DNA from: Patescibacteria group bacterium
GTDB lineage: Bacteria; Patescibacteriota; Minisyncoccia; Phycocordibacterales; UBA918
Assembly (NCBI GenBank): GCA_018608435.1
Contig: JABAZV010000006.1
Span: 31,692-95,691, forward strand
DNA length: 64,000 bases
Direction of reading: 5' to 3'
The position numbers and the translations under genes are program-made. Below, piece after piece: positions 26,992 through 40,700 of this stretch. The notes under the pieces were generated by a model. It was not told where the DNA came from, ran no database searches, and worked only from the letters and a program-made list of their open reading frames with translations. The stretch's first letter is position 1. Every line of letters starts with the position of its first letter.

Positions 26992-28542
26992 ATGAAAACC
27001 ATCCGTATTGTAGATAAGATAATAACAGCAACACTTTTTTCTGTGGCTATGTTTGCCTTTTCAGCAGCTTCTGTTATGGCGGCGGACTTGGCTCTTTCTC
27101 CCAGCACAGGGTCTTACTCAGTTGGACAAACTTTTACAGTAGCTGTGCAAGCAGTGCCTGGTGGAGATAATGTTAACGCAGTTGAAACTACTCTGGAATT
27201 TGATCCTAGCGTTCTTTCTGTTGTCAGTATAAATAAAGATGGCTCCGCCTTTTCCTTGTGGACTACTGAGCCAGCCTTTTCAAACAGCGCCGGCACCATC
27301 ACTCTAGGTGGCGGAAGTCCGACGCCTTTTACCGCCACTTCCAAGATACTTAATGTTACGTTTAGAACAACAGGAGAAGGAGTTGGCTCGGTAACCTTTA
27401 GTGGTTCTTCAGTTTTGGCAGCTGATGGTAGAGGTACCGACGTTTATAAAAATTCTACCAATGGTACTTATACTATTGCTGTAGCCACAACTCCTACGCC
27501 AGAGCCTACTCCTACGCCTGTGTCTACACCTGAACCAGTGTCCCAAACACCGACTGAAGCAGCAGAGGAAGATGATGAAGAAGCTATTATTTTTGGCGAC
27601 CCGCCACGACCGCCTGAAGTTGGTTCTCAAACTTTTCTTGATCCAAATATTTGGTACGGTGACATAAACGGTCTTTTTACTTGGTCGCTTCCGTTTGATG
27701 TTAACGTCGTGGCTGTAGAAATTTCTGATGACCCAGAAAATAAACCTGAAGAAAACGAAGATGCAATCATTGATCCACCAGTTGAAGAGTTTATAATTAG
27801 CGAAGATAATGCCTCAGATGGAGTGCAATACGTTAGTGTAAACTTCAAAAACCAAGTTGGTTGGGGTGCGCCTACAAACAGGAAATTGCAGATCGACACT
27901 ACTTCGCCAGAGCCATTTGCAATTAATGTCCAAGCTGGAACTTCTCCAGATTCATTCCCTTTGCTTAAATTTGCTGCTGAAGATAAAACTTCTGGAATCG
28001 AATACTACGATATGACTGTGGCGGACAAAGAACCTGTCCGTATTACTCCTGACGAAGCAAAGCTTGGCTATTTACTTAAAGATCTTGAGGACGGTACGTA
28101 CACTGTAAAAGTGGTTGCTTCAGACATGGCCGGTAATACTCGTGAAAGTAGTGTTGCTGTATTGATCACTGCTGGTTGGGTGAAACCGGTTGAAGTCATT
28201 GATGAAACTTCTTTCTGGGACTACTTAACTTTCGTTAATCTTCTGATCTTCTTCTTAATCGTTACTATTATTCTACTAATGGTTTACGTCTGGTACTTGC
28301 TTAAGAGCACAAAAGAAAAAGATGAAAAATTGCGCCGAGAAACACGTGAAATTCAAGATCAAATGGAAAAGATTTTCTCTGCTCTCCGTGATGAAATTTA
28401 CGATCAAATCAACACCATAACAAAGCGAAAGCGGTTGTCAGCAAAAGAAAAAGAAACTGTAGCAGCTCTTACACAAGCACTAGAAGTATCCGAAACTCTG
28501 ATTGAAAAAGAGATCAATGATGTCAAAGCCATTCTGAAATAA
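26992..28542 (+). CDS. Membrane-anchored cohesin-domain protein (cohesin, PT linker, Ig domains, TM, cytoplasmic coiled coil)
   Basis: LSPSTGSYSVGQTFTVAV...VNAVETTLEFDPSVLSVVSI...ILNVTFRT...G.G.VTF..SSVLAADG; PTPEPTPTP linker; IDTTSPEPF, EDKTSGIEYY, VVASDMAGN; TM; cytoplasmic helices. Confidence 0.8.
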   Translation: MKTIRIVDKIITATLFSVAMFAFSAASVMAADLALSPSTGSYSVGQTFTVAVQAVPGGDNVNAVETTLEFDPSVLSVVSINKDGSAFSLWTTEPAFSNSAGTITLGGGSPTPFTATSKILNVTFRTTGEGVGSVTFSGSSVLAADGRGTDVYKNSTNGTYTIAVATTPTPEPTPTPVSTPEPVSQTPTEAAEEDDEEAIIFGDPPRPPEVGSQTFLDPNIWYGDINGLFTWSLPFDVNVVAVEISDDPENKPEENEDAIIDPPVEEFIISEDNASDGVQYVSVNFKNQVGWGAPTNRKLQIDTTSPEPFAINVQAGTSPDSFPLLKFAAEDKTSGIEYYDMTVADKEPVRITPDEAKLGYLLKDLEDGTYTVKVVASDMAGNTRESSVAVLITAGWVKPVEVIDETSFWDYLTFVNLLIFFLIVTIILLMVYVWYLLKSTKEKDEKLRRETREIQDQMEKIFSALRDEIYDQINTITKRKRLSAKEKETVAALTQALEVSETLIEKEINDVKAILK

Positions 28543-28650
28543 ACAAACATACAATGAACACTCTAGCCAAAGTATCCAAATTAACTGATAATATATTGTA
28601 GCTCTATAAATAAGGGTATAACCAAAAAACCAATCCCCAAAAAAGTTAAA

Positions 28651-28682
28651 TACCGCACATCCAAATCGTTGGATGTGCGGTA
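28651..28682. repeat. Perfect 14-bp inverted repeat between the cohesin gene and the giant adhesin gene
   Basis: taccgcacatccaa-atcg-ttggatgtgcggta, directly followed by tatact/tataat -10-like boxes. Confidence 0.8.
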
Positions 28683-28736
28683 TACTTATAATTGCCCACA
28701 CATCTATGTCGGTGATATAGAAAGGGCACTTGTTTA

Positions 28737-31700
28737 GTGAAAAAAAATAAGCCTCACAACTCAAGCGAAAATAAAAATAAGAGCATTTTTAAAGCACCAT
28801 TCGGGATTTTGCAGCTTATTAATGGTTTTAAATTGTCATTAAAATTTACTCTAGCTGTCGCTGTTGTATTTAGTTTGCTTTTACTGCAACCGCCTGATGT
28901 TCAATCAAAACGTTCGACAAACATTAGCTTTGGTTCAGATCAGACCATCAATATTTTTCCGTCACAAGTTGAAACGACAGATTGGGCTGGACTTAACAAC
29001 GTTCTTATTCAGGATTTGCCGAACGATGCTCTGTACCAAAACTTTGGTGCTCAGTCATCAGCTTATGTTCCTTTGGCCGATTTGTTCGTTCCACAAAATG
29101 GCGAGCCTGAATTGATCAATAGTCAAGTACAGCCGCAAGCAGACAGTTCATCTTCAGACGGTAGTCAGCCTGCTTTGCCAAATGGAACTTCTGCTGCTGA
29201 CGCTGCCGGTTTTGTCGAGAATGATGCTATAAGTCTTTCTGGTGATCAGTCGACATCAACTCAGTCTGAAGAAGTGTCAAATGAAATTTCTGATAATCCT
29301 GTAACAGAAAGTGATTCGTCAAATGCTGATGAGACAGTTGTTGCTGAACCTTTGCTCGATGATGTTCCTGAAAAAGATGATGGTTTTTCTGTTCAGTCGG
29401 AACCAGAATCTGATGAAAGTACTGCTGCTGATGTTTCTGAAATAGAAGAGGAGATTGTTGTCGAAAGCGAAGTGGAAGTTGTTGCTGAACCTGTTGAAGA
29501 TTCGACGGCTGAAACTGAATCTTCAGAACCTGAACCTTCAGCTGAGCCAGAAGAAGCGATTTCACTGATTGATATTTTGCACCCAAAGTACGGAGTTTTT
29601 TCTGTAACTTCACAACTCTTTCCACTTATGCAGCTGTCGTTTGTTAGTACCACGGAACCGGTTTTAGAAGAATCTACTCCCCTTGAAACTGATTCAGGAA
29701 ATATTGTTGATGTAGAAGAAGATCAACCACTTCCTGAAGAAGCAGCTCCTGAAGAAACATTTTCATCATCAATTGCAAACGAAGGAGTTGTAGAAGAGAT
29801 TGATCCTCTGTCGCTTTCTGATGAAGTAGTAGAGATTGATACGACAACTTCTACATCTGAAATTTTGAATACTGAGTCATCTTTAAACACAAAAAGTATA
29901 GAGTCTCCAGTGGCCGACGATACTTCTTCAGCTTTGCAAGATTCTCCTGTGACATCTAATTCTTCATTTTTACATGAGATTACTTTGTCTAACTTCGATA
30001 CAGCCCCGCTCGATCCTGGGCAGTTTGTCCAAGGTATGCAGCTTAGACTTTCACTTGCAGCCCAGCTTAATGATCCTGTTGCTGACGGCGAACAAGCACC
30101 ATACATAGAAATATTATTTGGGCAAGGTGAATCGCTTGAAACTGTCGGTATTATTTTGCTTGAAGATGAAGTGTCAAATGCACTTAATGGTGGCTATTTC
30201 CTCTTCGCTTTACCTGAACTTTATGACATTGACAATCTCGCCAGCACCACGGTTTCTGTGCGTTACATGGGAGAGGCTGATTTGCTTGATGGAATGTTCC
30301 TTGATGCTGCTTGGCTCGAGCTTGATACGAAAATTATTACAAAAGAAGACCTTGAAGCTCGAGGTAATGCCGCAGCGATTAAGAAACTTGATTTGCCAAC
30401 AGCTAGTACGCTTATAAGCGATCAGGTTAATTTCCGTCGCGACGAAACCCCAGTCTTCAACTTGCGCTATAACTCAAAAAGAAACACTGTTCTGCGTGGT
30501 TTGCGTGACCTTTTCGGAAGAGATTTAGTGGAAGTTGAATCGGCTCTCGTTAAGCACCGTGGGACAGGTTTGTTAGGGATCACACCAGAGATTAATATTA
30601 CAAATGATGGTTTGCTTACCGTATCAATTAATGAAAAAGATAGGAAAAAACTTCGTCCCGGTCAGTATACGGTTGAGATAACATACAAAGAAGGAGGCGA
30701 GACTATCATTGATACTTTTGATTTCCAGTGGGGAATATTAACTACTAATCCCAATAAGTCAGAATATGAAGTAGGTGAGACAGCACAGATTTCCGTTGGT
30801 GTTTTGACTCCTACTGGACACACTGTTTGTGATGCAAATCTAGACCTGTACGTCACCGATCCTGAAGGATTTGTGTCTCGCTACCTAGTCGATCCGTCAG
30901 GTTTATGTGATGGAAATAATGTTATTGACGTGCCTGATTTCAGCACTTTTGTTCCAGTGACAACTGCAGGTGTGTATGAGCTGTATTTGGAGAGACTGGA
31001 CGATGATGGTTCTGTTCTTGGTTTTACTACAGACACTTTCAATGCTGTGCCTCTACAACAAACAATCAGTATTGAACGTACTGGGCCAACTCGTATTTAC
31101 CCACTTGCTCCTTACACAATGAGCTTGAAGGTTGATTCGGCTGGTGATTTTGATGGAACTTTGACCGAGTATGTTCCAGCTTCTTTTGTGGTTTTTGATA
31201 CTGACGCTAGTGTAGAGCGTGAAGGTGAGTGGCTTAAATTAGTTTGGGATTTATCTGTTTCGGCTAGTGGTACGGAAACCATTAGCTATCAGTTTGATGC
31301 TCCGGATATTTCTCCCTACCTCTTTACTTTAGGGCCAGCGCGGCTTGATTCTAACGACGCATCTACAGCTTCAAGCACCGAAAAAACGGCTAGAAATAAC
31401 GTTTTCATTGAACATCGCCGTTGGCAGATCGCGTCTGACGCGGTTGGGAAGATGTTGCTCTTCTGGGATGACGGTGCTGCTATTCCGGCAGGCTGGGTTT
31501 GTGTTTCTTGTGCACCGGCTGATCCTTTTTATCAAAGGTTTATTATGGGTAGCTCAACTTACAACTCTACTGGTGGTGCGGCTACTCATACTCATACTAC
31601 TAGCGGATCCGTTCTGGCGTCACTTTTATCTACGACAGAGAGTGGGTCAGGTACCATAGCGCCAGTGAGCCATACTCACACCTACACTCCGACTATCAGT

Positions 31701-34700
31701 GGTGAATCAAATCTTCCGCCTTATCGTCAGTTACGCGTAATCCGCTACGACACCGCGGCAGGAGAGCCTGCAACGATTCCGGCTGGAGCGATTGGTATAT
31801 TTGATGTTGCGTCCTCATCACTTCCAGCTAATTGGAATCGTTACGGTGCGCAAGATGGCAGTTTCATTTACGGTGAAGACACCCCTGCTACCACAGGTGG
31901 TACAACTACTCACACTCATGGTATTTCTGGAACAACCGGCGCTTCAGCTGGAGCTGGCACGCGTGTTCGTGGTGGCGGAACACAGGTCTCGGGTGCTGGC
32001 AATACTCATACTCACACTGTTACTGCTAGTAGCGACTCTCACAGCAATGAGCCACCTTACATAACTGTCTTATTGGCGGAGCTTTCTGTCGATTCTGCGC
32101 CAACTAATGGACTAATTGCAATGTGGGACGAAGATATTGATGATGGCTGGTTAAGCTTGTCAGCCGACAGCGAAGCATTCAGCAACCGTTTTATTAAACC
32201 AACTACAACTTACGGTACGACCGGTGGAGGTGAAACTCATGATCATGCCGACGTTACTGGTATTACTTCAAGTGCTCCAAGCGCAACTCAAAATGCACGT
32301 TCTGGTTCTTCTGGTTCTGATGGCACGCACACTCACTCAGTAAGCGTTACCGGATTCTCAACTGAGTCAAACTTGCCGCCTTATGTAACTGTTGTCTTTG
32401 GCAAGCGACAGGGAACTAGTCCGGTTTACGAACAGCTTTCTTCTCGTTGGTACGCTAATAATGAATCAGCCCAAACACCGACCGAACCATGGCCAAACGA
32501 CGCTGGAGTAATTGATTTGGCAGAAGATGAGCCGATTACTGCTACCAGCTCACCGGTGAAAAATGGTGAAGAAGTTCGTTTGCGAATTAATGTTGGTGTT
32601 ACAAATGCTACTTCTACTGCAGGAGAGGAATTCCAGCTCCAATACACTGCGGCCAATATTTGTACAGACGGATCTGCGGTGTGGAGTGATGTTGGTGATG
32701 TAGCGTCTAGCACAGCTTTTTGGCGCGGTTATAATAATGTCAGTATTACCGACCATGGAACTCTCTCTTCTACGCTCCTTGCTTCATCAACCGTCGAGGC
32801 TACTTACGAAGAAAACGGCTACTCCACTACCACACCCAATGATATTAGTGTAGGTGAGTATGGCGAGTGGGATTTTGTCTTGCAACACAACGGTGCCTTA
32901 GCTGGCACAAATTACTGTTTCCGAATGGTTGAGAAAGCCGGTGCGACTTTCCAGAGCTACACGCAGTACCCACAAATTTACACCAACGAGTCACCAAACC
33001 AGCCAACCCTAAGTAAGTTATTTGATGCTGAAAAAACAGCTTCTACCTCTCCTTGGTTTTATTTCGTTGCCAGTGACACTGAAGGGGAAAACATTCATTA
33101 CGAAATAGAAATAGCTGACAATTATGCTTTCGCTTCACCAGCTGTTAGCAAAGACACCATTTCCAATTCTTCCCAATTTGAAAACCAACTTCTAATCTCT
33201 GATAAAGCTCCTTTCCGTCAGGGTGAATTAATGAAGTTTACTCCCAGTGCAAGCTTCACAAATGGCACGACTTATTATTGGCACGTGCGCGCTCGAGATC
33301 CTGAGGGGTCAGACGATTGGAGTGAGTGGTCAAGTATCAATAGCTTTACTATTGATACTGCGCTGACAGCTTCTGCTTGGTTCCAAACGGAAACAGAACA
33401 ATTTGACGAAAACATTCTCGACAGGGTCGACACCGCTACCGATCAGGCTGACATTGCGGCTGGTTCTACCACTGCCGCCATGACAGGAGGTTTGATAGAT
33501 TTCACCGATGGTGAAATGGGAACAGCTTGGGATAGTCTGACATTTAACGAAACCGACGGCAGTGGCGTACTCTTGTATCAAATCGAGTATTTGGATAATA
33601 GCGACACATGGACGCTGATTCCAGATGTCGACTTGCCAGGAAACAGTACGGGCTTTAACACTTCACCGGTAAACTTATTATCACTTGATGTTGAGACTTA
33701 TAATTCCATTCGAGTGGTGGCTGATTTTAGTGCTAATACTGGTACACCAAGTTTGCAAGACTGGACAATAAACTGGGGTTATCGAGTAGATACTCCGATG
33801 ATCGCGAGTCTTTTTGCTAACGAACAAACAGGCACGACAACACCGACATTAGAATTTACTACGACCGATCCACAGAACGACAGTCTGACTTATCAGCTGC
33901 AGTGGTCACTCACACCTGATTTTGCCGCTTCAACAACGCGTACATCTGATGCTGATGCTGGGTTTACAAATATCAACACCGGCGCTGATCTCGATCCGTT
34001 TAACTCTGGCGATACAATTCAATTTACCGTGCAAGCAGCCGATGCTCTGACTGGTTCAACCACTTACTGGTGGCGAGTGCGGGCAAAAGACACTACAGGG
34101 GATGATGCTTATTCCTTCTGGACTGACGCTCAGAGCTTTACTGTAATTCCTGGGACTGAAGTTTCTACTTGGTTCCAAACATCAGCTGATCAATTTAGTA
34201 GTAATATTCTCTCTGGTACTACACCAATTGGTATTGGTGCTGTAACAGTAGCGACTACAGCCGTAGAAGCGATGATTGTTTACGGAGAAGGTACGCTTAC
34301 GTCACCACGTTATCGTCAGTGGGATGGTACAAATCTTGGCGCTGAAGATTCAATGCAAGATATTGACTCACCGTTAAAGTGGGCTGTTGTGCGGGCTGCT
34401 CCAACGCGTGAAGAATATGTCGCAGCAACAGTCGGGACTGATGCCGACGTGAACGCTCAAGTATTTTCGACTGGTAGTTGGGAGAATTTACAGGAAATGA
34501 CTATCAGTGTCGGTAACATTAACGCTCGTGGTTTTGATGTGGCATACGAAACGCTCTCGGGTGACGCTCTGGTTGTGTACTGTGACGGCGACGCTGACCC
34601 TAGCTATTACGTTTGGAACGGAACTAGTTGGACTAGCGGCGGAACTATAAATCTTGCTAGTATAAATAACTGCGAATGGATAAAACTCGCTGCTGATCCT

Positions 34701-37700
34701 GTGTCTGACGAGATTGTTCTGATGGCGCGTGATAGTGATGGTACTGCTGCTGCTTCTTACGAACTGCAGGTGTGGAACGGTACGGCTTGGGGAAACTCTT
34801 CTACTCAAGGCGGTGCGCGTAACACAGCTTACGAAACAATGGCTTTAAAATATGAAGAAAGCGGTGGTCAACTACTTTCGGTTTCAGGTGACGGTAATCC
34901 AGCTCGGTTTGAATACAACTCTTGGAACGGTACTGCTTGGGCCGGAAACGCCAATGATAGTACGATCGCGGATAATATAATTTGGGCAGAACTAACACGC
35001 GACGAAGGAACAGACAACATGACAATGTGTTATGTAGACGAATCAGTTGCAATTGGTGCAATCAATTGGACTGGTGCAGCATGGAGCGGACAAATTGACC
35101 TAGATGCAACTGGAAATGCAATAGATGACAAAGCGGTTTCTTGTGTGTACGAATCAACGACTGGTCGCGACGGTAATCTTATGACTGTCTACAGTGACGC
35201 AACCAACTCTCGCTACCGTGTGTGGAATGGAGTGACATGGTCAGCGGAAGCTTCTGTAAGCACGATCACTGATGTGTCGACTATTCAAACAATCCGCACG
35301 GGAATTGGTGGTATTCTTGGTCTTTTCTACGACGATGTAAACGACGCTATTTCTTTCTCAGACTGGAACGGCAGTGCATGGAGCGCGGAGCAGACAGTTG
35401 AAACAAACGGCTCAGTCGATACGGTTCCTTACGGACAGCCGTTCTTCATGGCGCCCAGAAACCCAGGTGGCGAAGGAACGGTGGTAGTTAGTCCAGCACT
35501 TAATTTTGACGACGGCAACGGACCGTACTGGAAAACGTTCTCGTGGAATGATGTGCAGCCAGGTACGAGCGAGATTCTGTATCACTTGCAATACCAGACT
35601 GCGACTGGTTCATGGGCATTTATCCCTGACGTAGATTTACCTGATAATGTTGCAGGCACATCAACCGGACCTTATGATTTATCTCTCTTAAACACCGGTA
35701 TCTACGATACGATCAGGCCGTATGCTGAGCTTACTTGTGACGGTTCTGGCAATTGTCCAGAGTTGCAAGATTGGAAAGTTGAATGGGCTGGCGGAATTGT
35801 TATTTCGGGAACAGCTGCACTCTACGACGAAACTACGGCTCTAAATAGCGGTACAGTGGCAGTGGCTGTAAACGGAGTATTGCAAGTTGGTAAAACAGCT
35901 AACATTAGTGCAGGCGCATGGAGCATTACTAACGTAACCACTTTCCCTAGTGATGTTGTTACGGTGTTTATAACTGGTGCGGCTGACTCCGGCGAAGCTG
36001 TTGCTGTTTCGCGCTACGATGGGCAAGGCGACATGAGCGGTATGGACTTGTTTGAAAGGCACCTTACGCTTGGTTCAAACGACGCGACCACTACGCCACT
36101 TACCAATGCTGATATTGGGCTGTATGACTTTACTAATACTGAAGACATTTTCTTCGATCTCTCTGGCGCGACTCTTACTATGTGTGCCGATGCTGGTTGT
36201 AGCGATGCTGAATTATACGTTCAAGCTGGTACATATTACGAGCCAGCCGGTGCTTTTGTTGCGCATGATTTTGAAAATAACGGCTACTTCACAGCCGGCG
36301 CATACACCCATGAGATAAATGGCTCTTGGGACAATAACGCCACTACGACAATGACAGGTTCGACAGTCGTATTCGCTGCGACTAGCACAACCGAAAGTGT
36401 AGATAATACAGGTGCTGTCACTCCAACTTTTGACAATATAAGATTTGGTACAACTACAGGTAACGGAACATGGACACTTGAAAGCGAGCTTGATGTTAAT
36501 GGCGACCTGATCGTTGATAACGGTACCTTAGCGCGCGGCACAACCAGCATGTTAGTGGCCGGTGATTTGACGACTGGAACCAGTGGTTTCTGGAGCGGAA
36601 TCGGCACTACTACATTTGACGGCGCAGATGCAGCCAACTGGAGTGATCAGAACGCCGTCATACAAAACGTTGGTAATGTAGTGGTTGACGGTACAAACAA
36701 AGTAGTTATCTTGGCCGGTGACGCTGCGGCAGAATCAATCATTATCGGAGCCGATGACACGCTTGATGTTTCGGTTTCAAACTATGATCTTACTGTTTAT
36801 GGCGATTGGACTAATCAAAACAACTTCCTTGCTCGCGCCGGAACAGTTTTCTTTGCAGCAACTTCAAGCGGACAAGCAATCACAAGCGCTGGCGACGCTT
36901 TCTATGATCTTTCATTTGTAGGAATTAATGGCGGCTGGTCGTTTATAGACACGGCACTCTTGGTGAATAATGATTTTGCCGTAGCGACAGGAACAGTAAC
37001 TTTGCCGACAGCTACAACGACCATCGACGGCTCATTTGATTCTACTGGTGGTAGCTTCGCGCATAACAACGGCACGCTTCTGTTTACGTCGGATGCCGCT
37101 GAAAACATCACTCTCGACGGAGATGACTTTACGAATGTTACGAATAATCTAATTTTTGATGGGGCTGGCACATGGAACATGCTCGATGTTAATGCGACTT
37201 CTACTGGAAATGTAACAGTGAGTCAGGGAACAGTTAATTTCCCATCTGGTACCTTAGCGATTGGTGGATCACTCACTGATGATGGCGGCACTTTTGTTGG
37301 CGGCACAGGTACCGCGCGTTTCTATAGCGCTGGAACTGAGACGGTAACTACCGGAGGGTCGAGCTTCAATAATCTTACTTTCGACGGCGCTGGTGATTGG
37401 TCTTTTGTCGACACTAACTCGACTATTGCTGGCGATTTGCTCGTACTGCAAGGAACGACCACTTTCCCAACCGGCAATCTCTTGATTGGTGGTTCTTACC
37501 AAAATGCAGCAACTGTTGATGCTAACTCGGGAACAGTTACTTTTGATTCAGCTGACACAGGAGAAGCTATCGACTTCGGAAACTCTGCTCTTTACGATGT
37601 TTCCTTCACTAGTGTAAGTGGCGGCTGGACGATTACCGCTGTAGCTACGACTACTAATAACTTCAGTCTCGTTGCTGGCTCTGATTTCACTCTCGACAGC

Positions 37701-40700
37701 GGGCAAATTTTGTCGGTCGGTGCTAATTTCACCAATAGTATCGGCGGAGCTTCTACCACTTGGACCGGTTCGACGCTTTCGCTTGAAAATGGCGCTTACA
37801 GTATAAATACAAAAACAGACAACGGTGATGTTTACGAAACGTTACGCATCTCTGCAACAGCCGACGTTAAAATGTGGAATTCGAGCGCCGCTACTTATAA
37901 TGTTTTGACTGGCGGTTCGCTTTACTCTCAAGATCATACAGAAGTAGATGGAGAGCTCTACATCTTTGGTGCTTACGAAAATATTGGCGGTAATGAATAC
38001 TGGAGTTACGCTACTGATTTTGATGGAGCTGATTTGATTGCCTCAAGTAGCGAGCGGCAAGCACAAGTATATTTTGCGTCAGGCGGAAGTGCTTTGCTTA
38101 CAAACTCTTCGTTTGAAATGCTTGGAGACTCAACTGCTTCTTCTACTGTTCAGAATCAAGGTTCAGGTACATACGGTGTGACTGTAGAAAGCGGAACGAC
38201 AACAGCACAATATTATGAATTCAATAATCTCGGCGGCAGTGGCCTTAGCTTGCTCGACAGCTCAAATGTAATTTCGCTTCGAGACGGTTACTTTGAAGTG
38301 ACTGGTGTTGCTGGCACAGCTCTCACTCTTGCTTCGAGCACAATCGACGCAAATCCAGCGAAGCAAATTTACAACGTTACCTTTGCAACCAGCTCAGCTA
38401 TTTTTGCAAATAACGTTACACAATCTGGAGCAGCGCCGACTTCATACTGGTGGTTCCGCGACGGCTTCGGTAATCTTTACGGTGAAGCAAAAGACAACGA
38501 CTCTGGTGATCCTGGTTCTGTTCGGTTTGATGACAGTTCGCTCGTTCTTACTATTGCCGGAACCGTGTATACCGACGCTGGTACAACAGAGCTTACTGGT
38601 GGCACTTGCGACGGCGCTACTCCAGTAGTGCGAATAATGGTCGACGACGTTGAAGCGGCCAGGGTTTCGTGTAGCGCCGCCGACGGCAGCTACTCAGCAG
38701 CAGGAATAATTGTCATTGGCGATCCGACTATTACCGTTTACCTCGACAATGCTTCTGGCGGAGAGCAGGGAAGCGCGATCACTCGTACACCCACAGCAGA
38801 CATTGCCGATATGGATATTTATGCTAATCGCGTGATTGTGCGCAATGAAGATGCGGCCGCTCTTACAATTGAAAACTTGGCGGTCCTCGACAGTTCTGAC
38901 GATGCGGATCTCAACTACAGCGCAGCAACTTCAACTAGTGGCGACACGCTAAGTGTGGCTTCTGGTAACGAGTTGTTTGTCTGGGCGTCTTCCACCTTTA
39001 CTCCAAGTGGAGCGGTGACGCTTGCTGGCGAAGCGGCTGCTAATAGTTACGACGGCACTTTGTACTTAGCTGGCGACGCCACCTTTAATGCATACTCCAC
39101 TTCGACTGTAACAATTGGTGGACGGCTCGAGCTCGAGTCTGGTGCAGTCTTCAGTGCCGCTAGCACAACGGTCTTGATGAATGCAACCACAACTGGTAAG
39201 AGTATTACAGCGGTAGAAGAAGTTTCGTTTAACGAACTCGTCTTCGACGGTGTCGGTGGAGGCTGGAACTTGAGCGCCGACATTCGCGTGGCTGGAGATA
39301 TGACTATTACAAACGGCACCGTTACAGGAACTGGCGACATTTACATGGAAGCGGGTGGTTTGACTGGTAACGGAACATTGTCGCTCGGCGGCGGAACAAC
39401 TACGCTTGCAACCACCAACTCACTTGGCGGAAGTACAGCTTGGACTTTCTTTGACCTTACTTTAGGCGACGCAATTGCCGTTGGTACAACAACTCCATTG
39501 TTTACCAGTACCACCACCGTGTCAGGAAAACTGACTATTTCTGCTGCTCATTATCTAGATGCAGGTAATACGGCATGGGACTTGGCAGGTTCAGGAACAG
39601 TGTTTGAGGAGAGTGGAACTTTCTTGGAAGACACGAGTACGATTCGTTACAGCGGCGCGAATGCTGACGTACTCGACGCACAATACTATAATCTGACCTT
39701 AGACGCGGGCGCCGGATCAGCTACTTATACAGCGGTAACAGCTGGGCTGATTGTCGACAACGACTTAGTGATTGGTGGCACAGCCAACACGACTTTTGAT
39801 CTTAATGCTAATAACGTTTGGTTCGATGTAAACGCCGATGTGTTTGTGGGCAGCAACGGCACGCTTTCAGCTAGTGCTGGGAACAACTTCACGATTGCTG
39901 GAAGTTATGATAATGACGGCACTTTCACAGCTAATGGCGGAACACTAACTTTTGACGGAGCTGGAACAATCGACATCGCTGCTGGCACTAGCGACTTTAA
40001 TAATCTTGAAGTGATAGCAACAGGTGATGTAACTTTCTCTGAAAGTGCAACTTCTTCTGATCTTTTTACTCTCACTGCGGCCAATTCCTTTACTCTTGCA
40101 AGTGGTGAAACACTGGCTGTCGGCGGAGCGTTCTACTCGGCGCTGGCTGACGGAGATACGACTTGGACCGGCACAACTCTTCGACTTTATGGTGGCAATA
40201 ATTACAGCCTCGGTGCAGCTACTTCGTCTGATTCATACGCTACGCTCGACATCGACGACACAACGCAAATTCGTATGTGGAACTCAGACGCATTAGTTTA
40301 CGATGTTGCTCCAACCGCTTCACTTTATTCTCAAGATCACGCTGGTGTCGACGGCGACTTGTATATCTGGGGCGATTACAACCAAACTTCTGCCAATGAT
40401 TACTGGAGCTTCGCCACTGATTTTGACGGTACAGCACTTGGCTTAGCAACACGTAAAGTTGATGTTTACATCAATAGTGGTTCAAGCGTCACTTACACCA
40501 ATGGTTCGCTCTCAGTGATCGGAGATTCGGCTGCTTCAACTACAATTCAAAATCAAGGTTCAGGAACTTACAGTCTTACTATTGGCGGTACTGCAACTAC
40601 TGAGTTTAATTATTACGAAATACGCGACATTGATATAGTTGGTCTTTTGCTCACAGGCACACCGACAATTACTTCGCTTTCGTACGGTGATATCGAAGTT

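Noticed and set aside
24360-28542. A true cellulosome
   Set aside because: There is a single cohesin, and the dockerin protein has no recognisable catalytic domain. The GH18, GH26 and CE4 proteins in the window lack dockerins.
31446-32408. Tail-fibre motifs as evidence of a prophage
   Set aside because: They are internal to a signal-bearing 5599-aa ORF, and no capsid, terminase or integrase gene is in the window.
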